A stretch of DNA of 64,000 nt, taken from positions 237,964 to 301,963 of the forward strand of contig NMRA01000483.1 of NCBI GenBank assembly GCA_002633005.1, in the 5' to 3' direction. Position 1 is the stretch's first letter; each line of letters starts with the position of its first letter. Both the position numbers and the translations under genes were made by a program. Shown in pieces: positions 37,755 to 50,574 of this stretch. Origin of the DNA: Phoronis australis (taxonomy: Eukaryota; Animalia; Phoronida). The notes below the pieces were generated by a model. The model did not search any database, was not told the DNA's origin, and saw only the letters and a list, made by a program, of their open reading frames with translations.

Positions 37755-38748
37755 AAGTCGTCGTCGTCCGTAGCCAACATCATATAAATACACTTTGTGC
37801 TAAATTAAGTAAAGATCCTGCAAACAGTTTAGGAGATACAGCCATGAGCGCAAGAAAATGCCACTAGAAGGCCCCCAGTAGTCGTCAGAAAATCATCGTC
37901 AACCGTCCACTTCATAGTAAAAACATGCATGCCAATTTTCACAATTATCCTGAAAACGGTTTGGTTGATAGACGAGTGGATGCCAAAAAAACTCGAAAAC
38001 AGTAAAAATGACCACTAGGTGGCGCAAAATAGGTCAAATTCATCTGAAAACGAAGAGATAGCGACAACTTGTTAATCGATGCCTATATGCCAAATTTTAA
38101 GAAAATACGTTGAGGGCCTTTGAAGATACAGAGGTAAACGTAAAAAAAATAAAATTGCCACTAGGTGGCACACCAGTAGCCAGGTCTGTCCAAATGTTCT
38201 TACATCTTATAAATATACTTACTAAATTTCGTAAAGATCCTGCGAACGGTTTAGGAGATACAGCCATAGATGCAAAAAAACTGTCACTAGAAGGCGCCAC
38301 AGTAGTCAAAGTCGTCGGAAAATCATCGTCAGACGTCCACTTCAGGCATGCCAATTTTCACAATCATCCTTTGAGCGGTTTGATTTATAGAGGGGTGGAC
38401 GCAAAAAAGACTCGAAAACAGTAAAACGGCCACTAGGTGACGCAAACTACGTCGAATCCATCCCAAAACCGGAGGATAGCGTCACCTCACTAATAGGTGC
38501 CTACATACCACTAGGGGGCACACTGGTAGTCGGATCCGTCCGAAAGTTCGCTCATGGCGTCCCATTTATGAAAGGAACATATATGCTAAATTTCATCACA
38601 GACTATAATCTATGATTTCATGAACTTATGTCAAAGGATTTTGGAGATAGAGCAGCGGACGCCGGACGCCGGACGGACGTCGCAAGGACGGATGGACGGA
38701 GATGACGGCATAATGCGTCCACATATAAATCTGTGGGCACATAAAAAT
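37755..38748 (-). mobile_element. DINE-1/Helentron-associated-like element, second copy
   Basis: Ends ...GGACGGA...GACGGCATAATGCGTCCACATATAAAT.TG.GG.CATAAAAA, the reverse complement of the 3777 start; tandem units with CCACTAG(G/A)(T/A/G)GGC cores. Confidence 0.7.
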
Positions 38749-39719
38749 GTAATGCATACGTACATGTTTCTGCAATGACAAAAAGAACAGAAAAGAAAAC
38801 CATACCCACCCTCTCAATCATTATGCATATTAATTAAGTAGAAAATAGCATTTTTTCTTCTGAGAAATGTATTGTAAATAAGACTTGTAACTAATTTACT
38901 GACAGTGGGGTTATTCATTAGGAAAACAGTCTGCTTCTGAATTTCTAGCTCACCTAATGAGGGGCAGATCAACATGACCTCTGTAAATAACTCGGTTCTG
39001 AGATCAGTGTACAGATCGCAGGAGCAAAGGAAATGCGTTTCATCCTCTACAAATGAGGCAGTACAAAAATCACACAAACGCTCCTCAACCGGAGTAAAAA
39101 TACTGAAACGGCCTGTTTCCATTTTCAGCGGCAATACTCCGCATCTAAACTGAGAACAGGGATTTCTTTTCTCTAGCTTTTAAATAAACTTCTGCTTGAT
39201 AAACAGTTTAAAATAATTTATATGTTTTTAGCTAAGGTTTGCTCACAATTTCCGCCCTTCATTCAGACTGGGAAAGATTCATCAGTTTCATTTTGGCATT
39301 TTCCAGATCACAAGCTGACCTTTAATAAAATGCTTAAATCTGATCAACCTCAGTAAAAATTTGAAAAACACTTTTTGACCAATTTTCCTTTCTGTACGTG
39401 AGGTCCCAATAAGATACTTGGCTTGTGAGAAGATTATCAGGCATGCAAATAAGTCTATGCCAGAGCCATTATACTCTACACAATTTCCTACAAACTATAT
39501 CCACCCCATATCTCCATTCATTGCGGCAATTGGAGTAAATTTGTGAATCCCAAGAACGTATTGAATGGCCAGACTTTGGATTGAATCACACTGAGGAAAA
39601 AGCCCTGTCCCCCAAACACCAACGCAATAATCAAGTTTTGTGATAACACACGCATCATATAATGTGGTGTAGGTATGTCTGGAACCCAACATCACGCATG
39701 CGCTTGAATTTAGAGACCA

Positions 39720-39966
39720 TGGGCCAGTTCCAGCAAAATTGACTTTGCTAAGGCAAAACTCAAATTTTTGTAAATTTTAAAAAGTTAAATTTGTCTCAAA
39801 ACCAATTCAAGAAAGAGATCTTAAATTTGACCTTAAGTGTTTGGCATAAGTTCAGTCTTAATTTTGTCTAACTTTCCGAATGTGTAAGTTTCAAAGTTTG
39901 GAAGTTAAGACAAATCTTAAACTTAAATCAAAAATGAAGTTAACATTGTTTCTTGGAACAGGCTCC
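39720..39966. mobile_element. ~250-bp AT-rich MITE inserted in the LINE (Harbinger/Tourist-like ends)
   Basis: GGGCCAGTTCCA ... TGGAACAGGCTC termini; a second diverged copy lies at ~40630-40878. Confidence 0.65.
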
Positions 39967-40629
39967 ATAGTATCAACTGCACGCTCACCAGATGATGCAC
40001 ATCATGTTCACGTGACGCGAGTAAAGCAATGTCGTCAGCATACAACAAAGAGCTAATTACATTATTTCCTACAGAGATACCACGGTTGAACCGTCACCAA
40101 AACTTATGGGGAACCAATCAGTGGAACAATTTCTAGAAATCTGAACACGAGCCACAGGATCGGAGTAAATAGTTTATATGGCATTATACATTATGATCAT
40201 CAATATTATTTAGTAGAAATTTATAGAATAATAAATCCCTATCTAGTACACGGTCAAATGCCTTCTTCATATCCACAAATGTTACAAATGTTGGAAGTTT
40301 TTCATTTTTTTGTTTTGAATTACAGACGCCAATGAAAGGACATGACCGATACAGGATCTATATTTTCGAAAACCGTTTTGCTCCTTAGCAAGCAGACTAT
40401 ACTTCTCAACATGAGAGGATATCCTGGCATTTAGAATACCACTATAAATTTTATAAACACAGGAAAGCAGGCTGTTTCTCCTATAATTTAACAGAACAAG
40501 AGGATCCTTGTCTAAACCTTTCGGAATAGGAGTAATATTGGTTTTAATCTACACCGAGGGGACATACCGCGAAACAAAAATAGCTTGAAATAGTTACTGC
40601 GGGTGCTTAAAAACTTCATTGGGGACCTT

Positions 40630-40878
40630 AGGTACGTTCCAACAAAACTGACTTAGCTAAGACAAATATTAAATTTTATTAAATTTTAAGGTAAAAGTTG
40701 AATTTGTCTCAAAACCAATTCAATAAAGAGATCTTAAGTATGACTTAAGTGTTTGACATAAGTTTTGTCTTAATTTTGATTAACTTTCCGAATACGGAAA
40801 TTTCAAAGTTTTGAAGTTAAAACAAATCTTAAACTTAAGTAAAAAACGAACTTAAGTTAATTTCTTTGAACAGGCCCC
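40630..40878. mobile_element. Second copy of the same MITE in the LINE
   Basis: Shares AATTTGTCTCAAAACCAATTCAA..AAGAGATCTTAA and GAAGTTAA.ACAAATCTTAAACTTAA with 39720-39966; ends GAACAGGCCCC. Confidence 0.65.
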
Positions 40879-41337
40879 TGGTCAACACCCATCGCTGTGT
40901 TAGGCTTTGCCTTGGAATTCTCTGAACTTCTTGCACAGTAATGTCAAAGTTCAGTTCGCCATTGCATACGTAATCAGGGGACGACATAAAACCTTCAATG
41001 TATTCTTTGGCTAGTAAACTATTCTTATATAATTCATTATCAAAGTAAAATTCGGGAACAAAACCTGAGTAAAGGGGTTATAATTTAAAAGAGCATCGCT
41101 CTGAGCCCACTAGTACCATAAATTGTTAAACGAAACGAACTGTTAGGTGTATTTGGTTTGCTTTTGTCTACGTCACCGCGAGAATCACCTTTTAATTCAC
41201 CAGCACGCAATGGTGTTCTATTCAGACCCTTATTAAATACAACTGTTATCGGCCTTTTGTTATTTGTGCGGTGACGCAAGATGGCGCGAAAGGGAGGCTT
41301 CAGCTGTCATTTGACGGGCCCACATTTGCGTGATTAA

Positions 41338-41990
41338 AGGATAAAGCCACCCGATTTAGTTAGCCTTTAGTTTTTACCGCTTTAATCGGTCTATATCCAC
41401 ATCACCTCGCATACGGTCGATCATAGTTCACCGAGAGATGTCGCGTTAACCTGTGGGGAAGGTGAGAAACGACGCAGCGACGTCAGTGGTTCTTTTGCAG
41501 AGTGAGTGCCGCTATGGTGTGGTGTACCGTTCCCGCTTGTGCAAACTATGAAGATGCGAGGAAAGCGGGTATATCGTTTTTGATTTCCTCGGGAGCTCAT
41601 AATGCTTCGGAAGTGGCTTGCGGTAGTGAATAATGAAAAGTAAGACGTTAATGCCAAGTATAAGGCCGTGAAACTTCTCTGTGTCTGTCAGTCATGGTGG
41701 CCTGCATTTCGTCAGATTGGTTGTTGATTAGTTTTTGACTATGGGGAATTGCAGTTGGCCATGAAAACATGAACAATTATAATTAGGGCCTAATTCAAAG
41801 CGTAAGAACATAACGTTTTATAAGTTTGATGGCTGTGGCTCGTTCGTGAGGCTTCTGTTTGGTCCTCTGGGTGTAGGATGTTTTCGCCAGTTCTTTTTCT
41901 CAGCCCTAAAGACGTCGTTAGCACACCTCTGTTTAGATTCGGGGCAAAATCACGGTGGTCCATGACACACATCTGCGCTTCTCTTTAACT
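41338..41990 (+). mobile_element. Kolobok-like fragment: left end plus decayed THAP (plus strand), followed by a possible P2X7-C-terminal-like fragment (minus strand)
   Basis: TTAA|AGGATAAAGCCACCCGATTT start, homologous to 28477-28840. Minus strand 41972-41790 reads CVMDHRDFAPNLNRGVLTT, resembling the C..H..F....LN..VL motif of P2X7-like accessory proteins (weak). Confidence 0.6.
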
Positions 41991-44185
41991 GGAACCCGTA
42001 TTAGCTATTCCACAACTGGGAACCATTACCATACACAAACGCAACTGCCTAACTGCGACCCGTAACTATATATCCCATGAACCGGGTACCGCGCAACATT
42101 TATGCCAAACAAGCAGCTGAATGAGACTATATATGTTAAACAACAACTATATACGCTCTAAACACGAGTACAACATGCTATGCCTCTTACAACAGCTTGG
42201 CCGACAGTCTGTGCTTAATCTAAAAATTCCAGCATCCGAGGAAAACACATGATTCGCGTTACAGATCTTGTCAACGAATGCCGTTATAACACTAGTCACC
42301 AAAAACCCGCGTAACATATAGAGGCTAATACCGGTCAAGCTACTATTCGACTATGCAAATGCTATTGTAACCACTAGAATGAACTGGCTTACTAAAAGAA
42401 ACCCAATCAGAGCGGCGAAAGATGTACTGCTACGTCAGCATATTAATGCAATTATTATTCCTTGGTATAGCCTGACATAGACAATTCGATGGCGGTGAAT
42501 CCTATAGTATTTTTCGCATCTTTTATTTGTTTGAATCGATTGTCTTAACACCACGGTGCTGTGCACCAGTCTTTTGAGTTTTTGTTATGAATTTGGAATC
42601 TCAGCTCCCCTCGTGAATACTTGGCAATATCGGATTTACATGAATAGAGGGACCAAGTGACAATTCCCCCGAACCGCTCCAACAAGAGACGGTCCCGTCT
42701 GAAATGGGACACCTTTTAAAGATGGAAGGATAAACATCATTAAGCTTTGAAAAGAGTGACAGTTCATTCCATTGTCATGAGACCGTGCAAGAAATGACCT
42801 TCCTCATCACGAAAACCTGTTGCACGATTTCACAAAAACAGGAAGATAGGGGTAATCGATTCCGACATTGGGCCCTCTCTCCGTGAGCAGGCCCTTAAGA
42901 ATTTGTCAATTAAAACACGAAAAGAGTGGGCACTTGAATGTCATCAGAGACCCCACTTCCAAAGTTGGACTCCTAAATATGGAAAGATATATATTTTCAA
43001 AAATCAGAAAATGCACCGCAAATGATGCTATTTGTCAGGTCATCAACTTTTCTTAAGCAAATAACAATTTCGAGAGAAAAAATAACGAAAACTAGAGCGA
43101 CAGAGGCAGCCCTCTGCAGAGAGCGGCCTCTAGAAAAATATAGCTCTGACGGCGTATCAATCGGCAAGAAAGTGAGATCAGTCAAAAAGACGGTCGCGAA
43201 TAGTAAACTGTAGCCATATCTAACACCACTAGTAGAGTTTGACCAGAGCTGCAACACAGACATTCCCGTCAAAGGGGGCCAGAGTTATGGCTTTGTAAAG
43301 AGAAATGTTGAAGAATGTCTTTCACGTCACATCTTAATTGTGTTCAACTTTCAACAAAATGTACTCTCGAGATATTGAGAGACCACATAATGCATGCAAA
43401 TTTCAAGCCAAGATAACGTACTTGTATTACAAATTATAGGAGTAACATAGAATTCGCGTTAAACTTGCGGCAAACTCTGTACACCTACCAACAAAACTTA
43501 CTTTAGACATCAAGAAAATGGTAAGTTGTACCGATGAACGCGGATCAAACATTTGCTGTAGCCACAGACGAGATTTATTAAAATATCCGATAGTTCCAAC
43601 ATAGGAGGTCAATCAGTATAAAAGAACAGTTATAGGTGACGTAATAAAGGCAAGTTGCCATGATGAGCTAGAAACTTATGACAACTTACTGATATACACC
43701 GGCAGCCCAGAGCACATATAACCATAGGAGCACTTAGAGTCCACCTCCGTATACACGGAAATGGATGTCTGACCCCTGGGGACCTTACAAGGGGCCGAAA
43801 ATGAGCTCGATTAGATATTCGAGATAAGGGACAAAACTGATTTATAACGGATAGTACCACACTGAACACCAGGAAATTGTGAGATTAAGACTTGAAAATT
43901 TCAGATTCAATGCAAGTTCGACTGGTTTTATTGAACTCAGTGTGAGGAAAGTGGTAATTAATCTGGGTGCAGTTTGACTTAGGTGCGAATTGAGTTGAAA
44001 ACTGAATGGACTAACAGAATGACCGACCTCCCCATGTCGGGAGGAGTATGTTCCTTTTCCCTCAAGAAACTTGATTGGAACCTCAATCTAATATCTTTGC
44101 AAATGTTAGACAGTGAAGTGATTGGTCGGAGTACATGAGATAATAATTTTTATTTTTACTGAATCATGACTATTATGGTTAGGTA

Positions 44186-45222
44186 CAGTGGCGGATCTAG
44201 GATGTCACAAGGGGGGCCCAACATTTTGTCCGGCTGTAANNNNNNNNNNNNNNNNNNNNNNNNNNNNNNNNNNNNNNNNNNNNNNNNNNNNNNNNNNNNN
44301 NNNNNNNNNNNNNNNNNNNNNNNNNNNNNNNNNNNNNNNNNNNNNNNNNNNNNNNNNNNNNNNNNNNNNNNNNNNNNNNNNNNNNNNNNNNNNNNNNNNN
44401 NNNNNNNNNNNNNNNNNNNNNNNNNNNNNNNNNNNNNNNNNNNNNNNNNNNNNNNNNNNNNNNNNNNNNNNNNNNNNNNNNNNNNNNNNNNNNNNNNNNN
44501 NNNNNNNNNNNNNNNNNNNNNNNNNNNNNNNNNNNNNNNNNNNNNNNNNNNNNNNNNNNNNNNNNNNNNNNNNNNNNNNNNNNNNNNNNNNNNNNNNNNN
44601 NNNNNNGCATTTGAAGACTATTTTAAATACAACAAATTTGTTAAGAACCGATTACACAAAATATAAAACGTGTAATAAGCATTAAAAAAAGAAGTAGGTT
44701 TCGCGCGCAAACGCTGTGGACCACAAACAAGTAGGTCTCTTAGTTTCTGTATAATATTCAAGTCGTGGTGGTGTAGTGGTAAAGTACGCGCGTCCTATCA
44801 GCCAGGTCATGAGTTCGAGTCTGTGACACTCGCAATTTTTCCGGTGTGACACTTTCTCCTGTTTTTTTTTTTCTTTTTTTCTTTTTTTTCTTGGATAATA
44901 CATCAGAAATCAAGGAAAATGCTTGATTTTTAGAGGAAAAACAGAAAAATTTCCTGGGCGGGAGTCGTAGTGTGCAGCGCTACTGCCGGTCGCCTGGGAT
45001 ATCGCGGGAGAGCCTATACTTAGCCATAGTTCCGTTACGAATGCACCGTGTTCCGAATTTGACACTTGAAACACTAAAACTGCACACATTTAAATCTTTT
45101 TTCATCCGTATAAATTTAATTAACGGGGTTAAATAATAAACTCAACATTTCCCTACGCTCTTACTGTTTTATTTTTTGCGGCAGCCAAGGGGGGGCCTGG
45201 GCCTCTCCTCAATCCGCCTATG
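44186..45222. mobile_element. Probable non-autonomous DNA element spanning an assembly gap, containing a tRNA-like A/B-box segment at ~44760-44830
   Basis: CAGTGGCGGATCTAGG ... CCTCAATCCGCCTATG inverted ends. Internal TGGTGTAGTGG (A box) and GAGTTCGAGTC (B box), but no intact cloverleaf. Confidence 0.45.
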
Positions 45223-48200
45223 AGGTAAGATCCCTCGTGAAGAGCATGCCAGTATCTTTACATGGATAACTTTCTCTGAAAATGGGTTATACTTGCCAAT
45301 ATCTCCTCATTGTTTTCATGACATTGTTAACTAGACATCCAGACATGGGCATCGAAACAATCACCACAGTGGTGGTATTGGTCTGTCTTCGCACACATTG
45401 CAGGTAGAGCTTCATATGTTTCAGGGTTTGAATTTGAAACAAGATGTCCCTCGTTTAGCTGAGTGTGTTTGTTAGCTTTAACAAGCTCACAACTTCTAGT
45501 AGCCATTTGTTTAAGCCAATGAAAAGCTTGGTTTTGCTATGAGCTTCAAAATGTATACGCAAAAGCATGATTGTGAGTTAAAACTTTCAGATCTAGCCCT
45601 GGATGTGCTTGTTGAATCTCCATGTAATGTAAGGTAACATTTCAGAGCTGTGCACGAGACTGCTAGTTAGAAATACGACAAGCTCTGCTCAATGTGTTGA
45701 GTTGTGCATTGCCTTATCAAACTAACAATGTAAACAAAAAAAAAAATTAACAAAAATAATGGGAATTGAAGTTCATCGCAGTTGCAAACAGTTTCATCAC
45801 CTAATCATTATATTCCTTAGGTTTAGGTTGTCATAAAATTTGAAATAAAAAGTTACAAAATAGCCCTATGTTATCTGGTTAGCTTCCAGAACAACTTTTA
45901 TTAACACATGGAGTTTTGTTAAATGCATGGTTTGCTCTAGATTGCGATTGGATGGTAGGTTACTGTATGAAAACCTCTTTCAAACACAACTCTGTGTTAC
46001 AGTTTTACGCGGGTTTATTCTAGAGATCTACAAGATACATCTATTCACTATGCTGTCTAACTCTCAACTGAAAACTTGTTTGTCAGAACTAAAGATCATA
46101 TGCTCATGAGTCATAATCAGATTTCAGAGAATTGTTTTGTACGTCTTACACAATCTATGATTCTAGCTACCAGTGCCATATAAGGTTATGTTTTGGACTC
46201 TGCAAGTTTAATGAAAACCACGAACATAACAGTTACCATGTACATATTTTGTACTCATGTCGTGAAGAATAAACTTGTTTTGAATATCATAGTGGTGAAT
46301 GTAGGGTTAAACTCCATTCAAAACGACTGGAAACTGACCCGTTGCAGCGCATGCTTGGTGTAAACGTGCACTCTTGTACTTGGATCCTGGAGAATGATTG
46401 GTTAATTATTGAGTCTGAATTTGAAGACTAGTTTCTAGGCTCTGTATAAGCGTCATTAAGTGCATGCTAGTTTTACAAATTAAGTAGTACAATAAATATC
46501 CAGCAAGTTAACTTTTCTTACACTGATAGCTTCTAGCCCGTCTGTTATTAAAGTTTGGTGTCTTTAACGAGGGCAGCTAACCAGGCAACAACGTACTCGC
46601 TTATGAACTGTAGCTTATGGATTGAATTACCTGGTCTCAGAAACGAGCGTTTGTATATTTTTACTGAAACTTGTTCGCGCCATGGAGTGTATTGGATTTA
46701 CTATTACTGTGATTGTCAACAAAAATGAAACACTGACTTTTAATTTATTTTTGGAACGGTTGAATATCCTGATTCTAGCCTGAGGATTGCTGGAAAAATT
46801 TAACATTACGTTCCCAAAAGGTAGCTGTATTTCAAGCTTGCCCACTTATTATAAGCAACTAGTATATTTTGAGCAAGTGCATTTTATTTTCTGCAATTAA
46901 TGATTGTTAATGAAACGTTAATAGATTTCTACTTATGTTAAATGATGTGTGATAATCGTTAAATTTGTTACTGTACTTCAATTCAATGAAAATCGAATTT
47001 TCTGAATACTTGTCTTACAGTAACTTATTACTCTTGGAAAATCTCAAAAGTTAATTCCTTTGAAAACTTAAGTTCTAAAAAATTTTAACTTAAAACGTTT
47101 TCCAAAACTTAAGTTTGCTAAAAAAATTGTTCCAAAATACTTGAGTTTTTGAAAAACTTAAATTCCAGAATATCAAGTTTTTGAAAAAAAATAGCATTTT
47201 TGATTATTTTTTTTGGAATAACTTAAAAACTAAAGTTTTTCAGACCACAAACTAAAGTTTTTCAAAGAAAACTAAAGTTCACTTGTGTAAGGGCAAGTAT
47301 TTTCACGGTTTGTTCGTAAAGGGTTTTGAATATCTGTTTATGTTAAGATTTTATTTTTATAAATCGCAAATGTTCACGCTAGCCACGAAATATTGGCCAA
47401 CGTTGTATGGAACGGGCTTGGGCGCATGGGCCTAAATCATGGGCGGCGCAGCACTGAAATAAGTGGGAGACTATAGCCCCCAGCTCCCTATGGTGCGCCG
47501 CCCAAGTGATCATGAGCGGCGCAGCACTGAAAAAAGTGGGAGATATAGCCCCCTATTTTGCGCCGTTACGTAAATACATGCACACGCAAAAATACGGTGC
47601 AAAGTAATACACTGACAATTATTCAACAGTAACCGACAAAACAGTCAGGATTTGGATACTTTTATTTTAATCAACAATAAATAACATAATAATATAACAA
47701 AAATTCTTCTTTACATGGCAAGAGTCATTTTGAACGGATTTATATGTACTAAATAAGTACAGTGACCATGCACCAATTTGAGCATCTCATAAGGAAAGGT
47801 TACTGAACCTCATTACAAATGTACTAATTGTTCCATTTTAAGATTTGATGAGGGTTACTAGACCTTGCTTCAAATACTTAACCTCACATAATGCGACAGT
47901 AAACCTATACGAATTCTGTTGAAAAACAAGCTTTGATTAAGGTCACCTACATTTACAAAATTGGTCTTGGCTTGTTCCCTTGGACAGGAACAACTTACAG
48001 TTCATCCAAGCCCAGAGATCACTTGTATATTGAGTAATGATCAAGTTATGACCAATTTCATTACAGTAAGTGGCCTAAATTAACATTTGTTTTTTGAAAA
48101 ATCACGGTTTAATGCTGCATTTAAGGTCTGAGGCCTAAATCAAAGTTCAGCATCCTGTTAAAAGACTGAAACATTTTTCAGTAAAGTCAAGACACAACAC

Positions 48201-50574
48201 AGTTGAGCACTGTTTCATGTCAAAACACCTTTACCACAGTAGGATTAAGATTCACTACATGGGAAAGTGTGAATAAATTACATGAATAGGTCAATCTTTA
48301 TATGGTGTAGCACAAGGTCCTGGGGCAAAAATCTTTACAGACTTATATTCATTAGGTCACGTGATGTGGCCAACAGATGGCGTGCACACAATTTAAATGT
48401 TTGCAACAAATTACATAATTTTGACATAATTTGCTTAGATATAGTGATGAACAATCTGCTAAAATAGTCGCCTTTCTTGGATAACTGGCCCCACGAAATT
48501 TGGGGTATGCTAAGTCAGGTGGCAAAGGAATTTTATATATTTTTAATCAAAGCTGTATGTCACACTATGTTTAGGCTAAAATACAAAAATCAAATTGGGC
48601 TTTTTACCGCCATGAAACCTGTCTCATAACATTCATTAGGATTCTGTTTCTGTTACCAAAAAGAACACCGACTCAACAACACTCTTCAGAGTTTATTGAG
48701 GTTGGCCAACCCCAAATTGCACTTCAAAAAATGATACATAAACATATTGCCTGTGACTCGAGTTGGCAGTGAAAATAGAATTCTATCACGGTAGATAATA
48801 ATTTTTTAGTAAAATGCCTAATTCTATTTTCACATTTTGCCATCTAAACAGAGCATAATCCACCTTTAATAATGACTACACACCCACTTACTTCATTGAA
48901 AGACCACCTTGCATTTTGTGTGATAATTGACCCAAACATCAACAAGACTCTACCCACACTGGCTACTAGTGGACAAAAGTAGTTTCACAGGGATTTAGAT
49001 ATCTCTTAGAAGTCATGTAGATGACTGGTGAGTGCGGTGACAACAGACTACCCAGACGACACAAAAATGAAAAAAACATCTTATTGAACTTCCAACACAC
49101 ACTGCTCTTATCTGGAATTTCCAATGAATGACAGAAAGTTGCTTGGTTTTGCTTCAGTTAATGGATAATTACATCCGCTGTCTTTCCCAGGTTATATTCT
49201 CAGGAATAAAAACCTTGGAATGTAGTCCATCAATGAATGTTAATCTACTGATAAGACGAGTGTCATAAAAGTCTGCAAGCAGCAAGAGTTCTTTTATCGA
49301 CTGTGCCAATGGAATGCTGCATTAAAAAATATAGTGGTATTTCCTTTGTTTTATTGTCACCAATTTCACCTGAAGTTCTGGCTAATAAATGCATTGGTAC
49401 AATTAAAAGACCAGCCGGCACAGTCAATCAAATCTTCACACTGGTTCTCCCATACATGCAGATGGTTGGACACTGGCCTGATCGAGCCAAAAAGTTGCTT
49501 TACAGAAATTATGTTAGTCCACCTACAAAACATACAAAACATAGAGACTTTCAGTTTGGAAGATAAATAGCCATTGTAGTTCGCGTAATTGAAAATAATT
49601 GTGAGCCCTGGCCAACACTGTCAGTTGTATAGGAAGAATTACATGTCTATGGAGGCTCATGCACCTATTGAGTGTTGTTTCATTCACATATTCTTCCAAT
49701 GTTCTTGGCGAGCTTTTGAATGATCATTCGTGCTACGTTTGGTATCAGCGCGTGCAGCCGCAACAAGCTTTGATGGGTACATTGATTGTTATATAGACAG
49801 TTGTAGTCATCAGGTATAATTTTAAGAGCTAGCAAAAAACATTGAAGAACTCAGGGCAATCAGCACATTAAAATTGTGCACTTAGATTCTAACTTAATGC
49901 ATACTAATAAATACTTACTGGTACTTAGAAACTTGCTATGTGTCTAATGCATAACAGATGATCAACTTTTTACACAATATCTCAGTCTGTGACCAAAACG
50001 AAACTCAATATCAGCAATTGGGGGTCTAGCTCAGCAGACCAATATAAAGGTAAGAAATATGGGTGAGACAAAATCAACCTTTGCCCACCCATGGTGGAAA
50101 TTGCTTTTGCTAAAACCCCACACCTGTCACTAACAAGATTTCACCATTGATGTAGCAAGTCATTGAGAGTCACCTGCCCTCCACCTAGTACTTAAGTACT
50201 TCTTACTGCCCTATACATAGTGAAAGACAGATCACAACTGTAGACTTTCACATTTGGTTAAACAACAGTGCTGTCAGATGGTGTTTAGACGAAACACTGT
50301 TTACATAATACAATAGGCTATCAGACACAATCCAACGTGAAAATATTCAAATCGAAAAGGAGCACTACGGTGACCTGTGGGTCTTCCAGAGTAACCAGTG
50401 GGTCCTCTAAAGTGACACGTAGATTTGAGGTCATGTGGTCATGTTTTTCCAACTTGATCTATGAGTGAGTGACTTAAGACCACCTTTGTCTAAAATGCTA
50501 TGTCAAAATATGAGCAAACTTGTTTAAGACGCTGTTAAAAGAAACACACCTCGTAATAACAATCTATTACCGGT

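Larger units (their letters stand above)
38830..41040 (-). mobile_element. Decayed non-LTR retrotransposon (LINE) ORF2, interrupted by two MITEs
   Basis: Minus-strand fragments EQNGFRKYRSCIGH, FVDMKKAFDRV, SLLYADDIALL, KLDYCVGVWG, and C-terminal LKMETGRF...RLCDFC...VEDETHFLCSC zinc-binding motif; many stops and frameshifts. Confidence 0.9.

Noticed and set aside
44166-44685. Long ORFs in the ORF track
   Set aside because: They consist almost entirely of N-gap codons.
44760-44830. Possible tRNA gene
   Set aside because: A and B boxes are present but acceptor and anticodon stems do not pair convincingly; at most a tRNA-derived relic.
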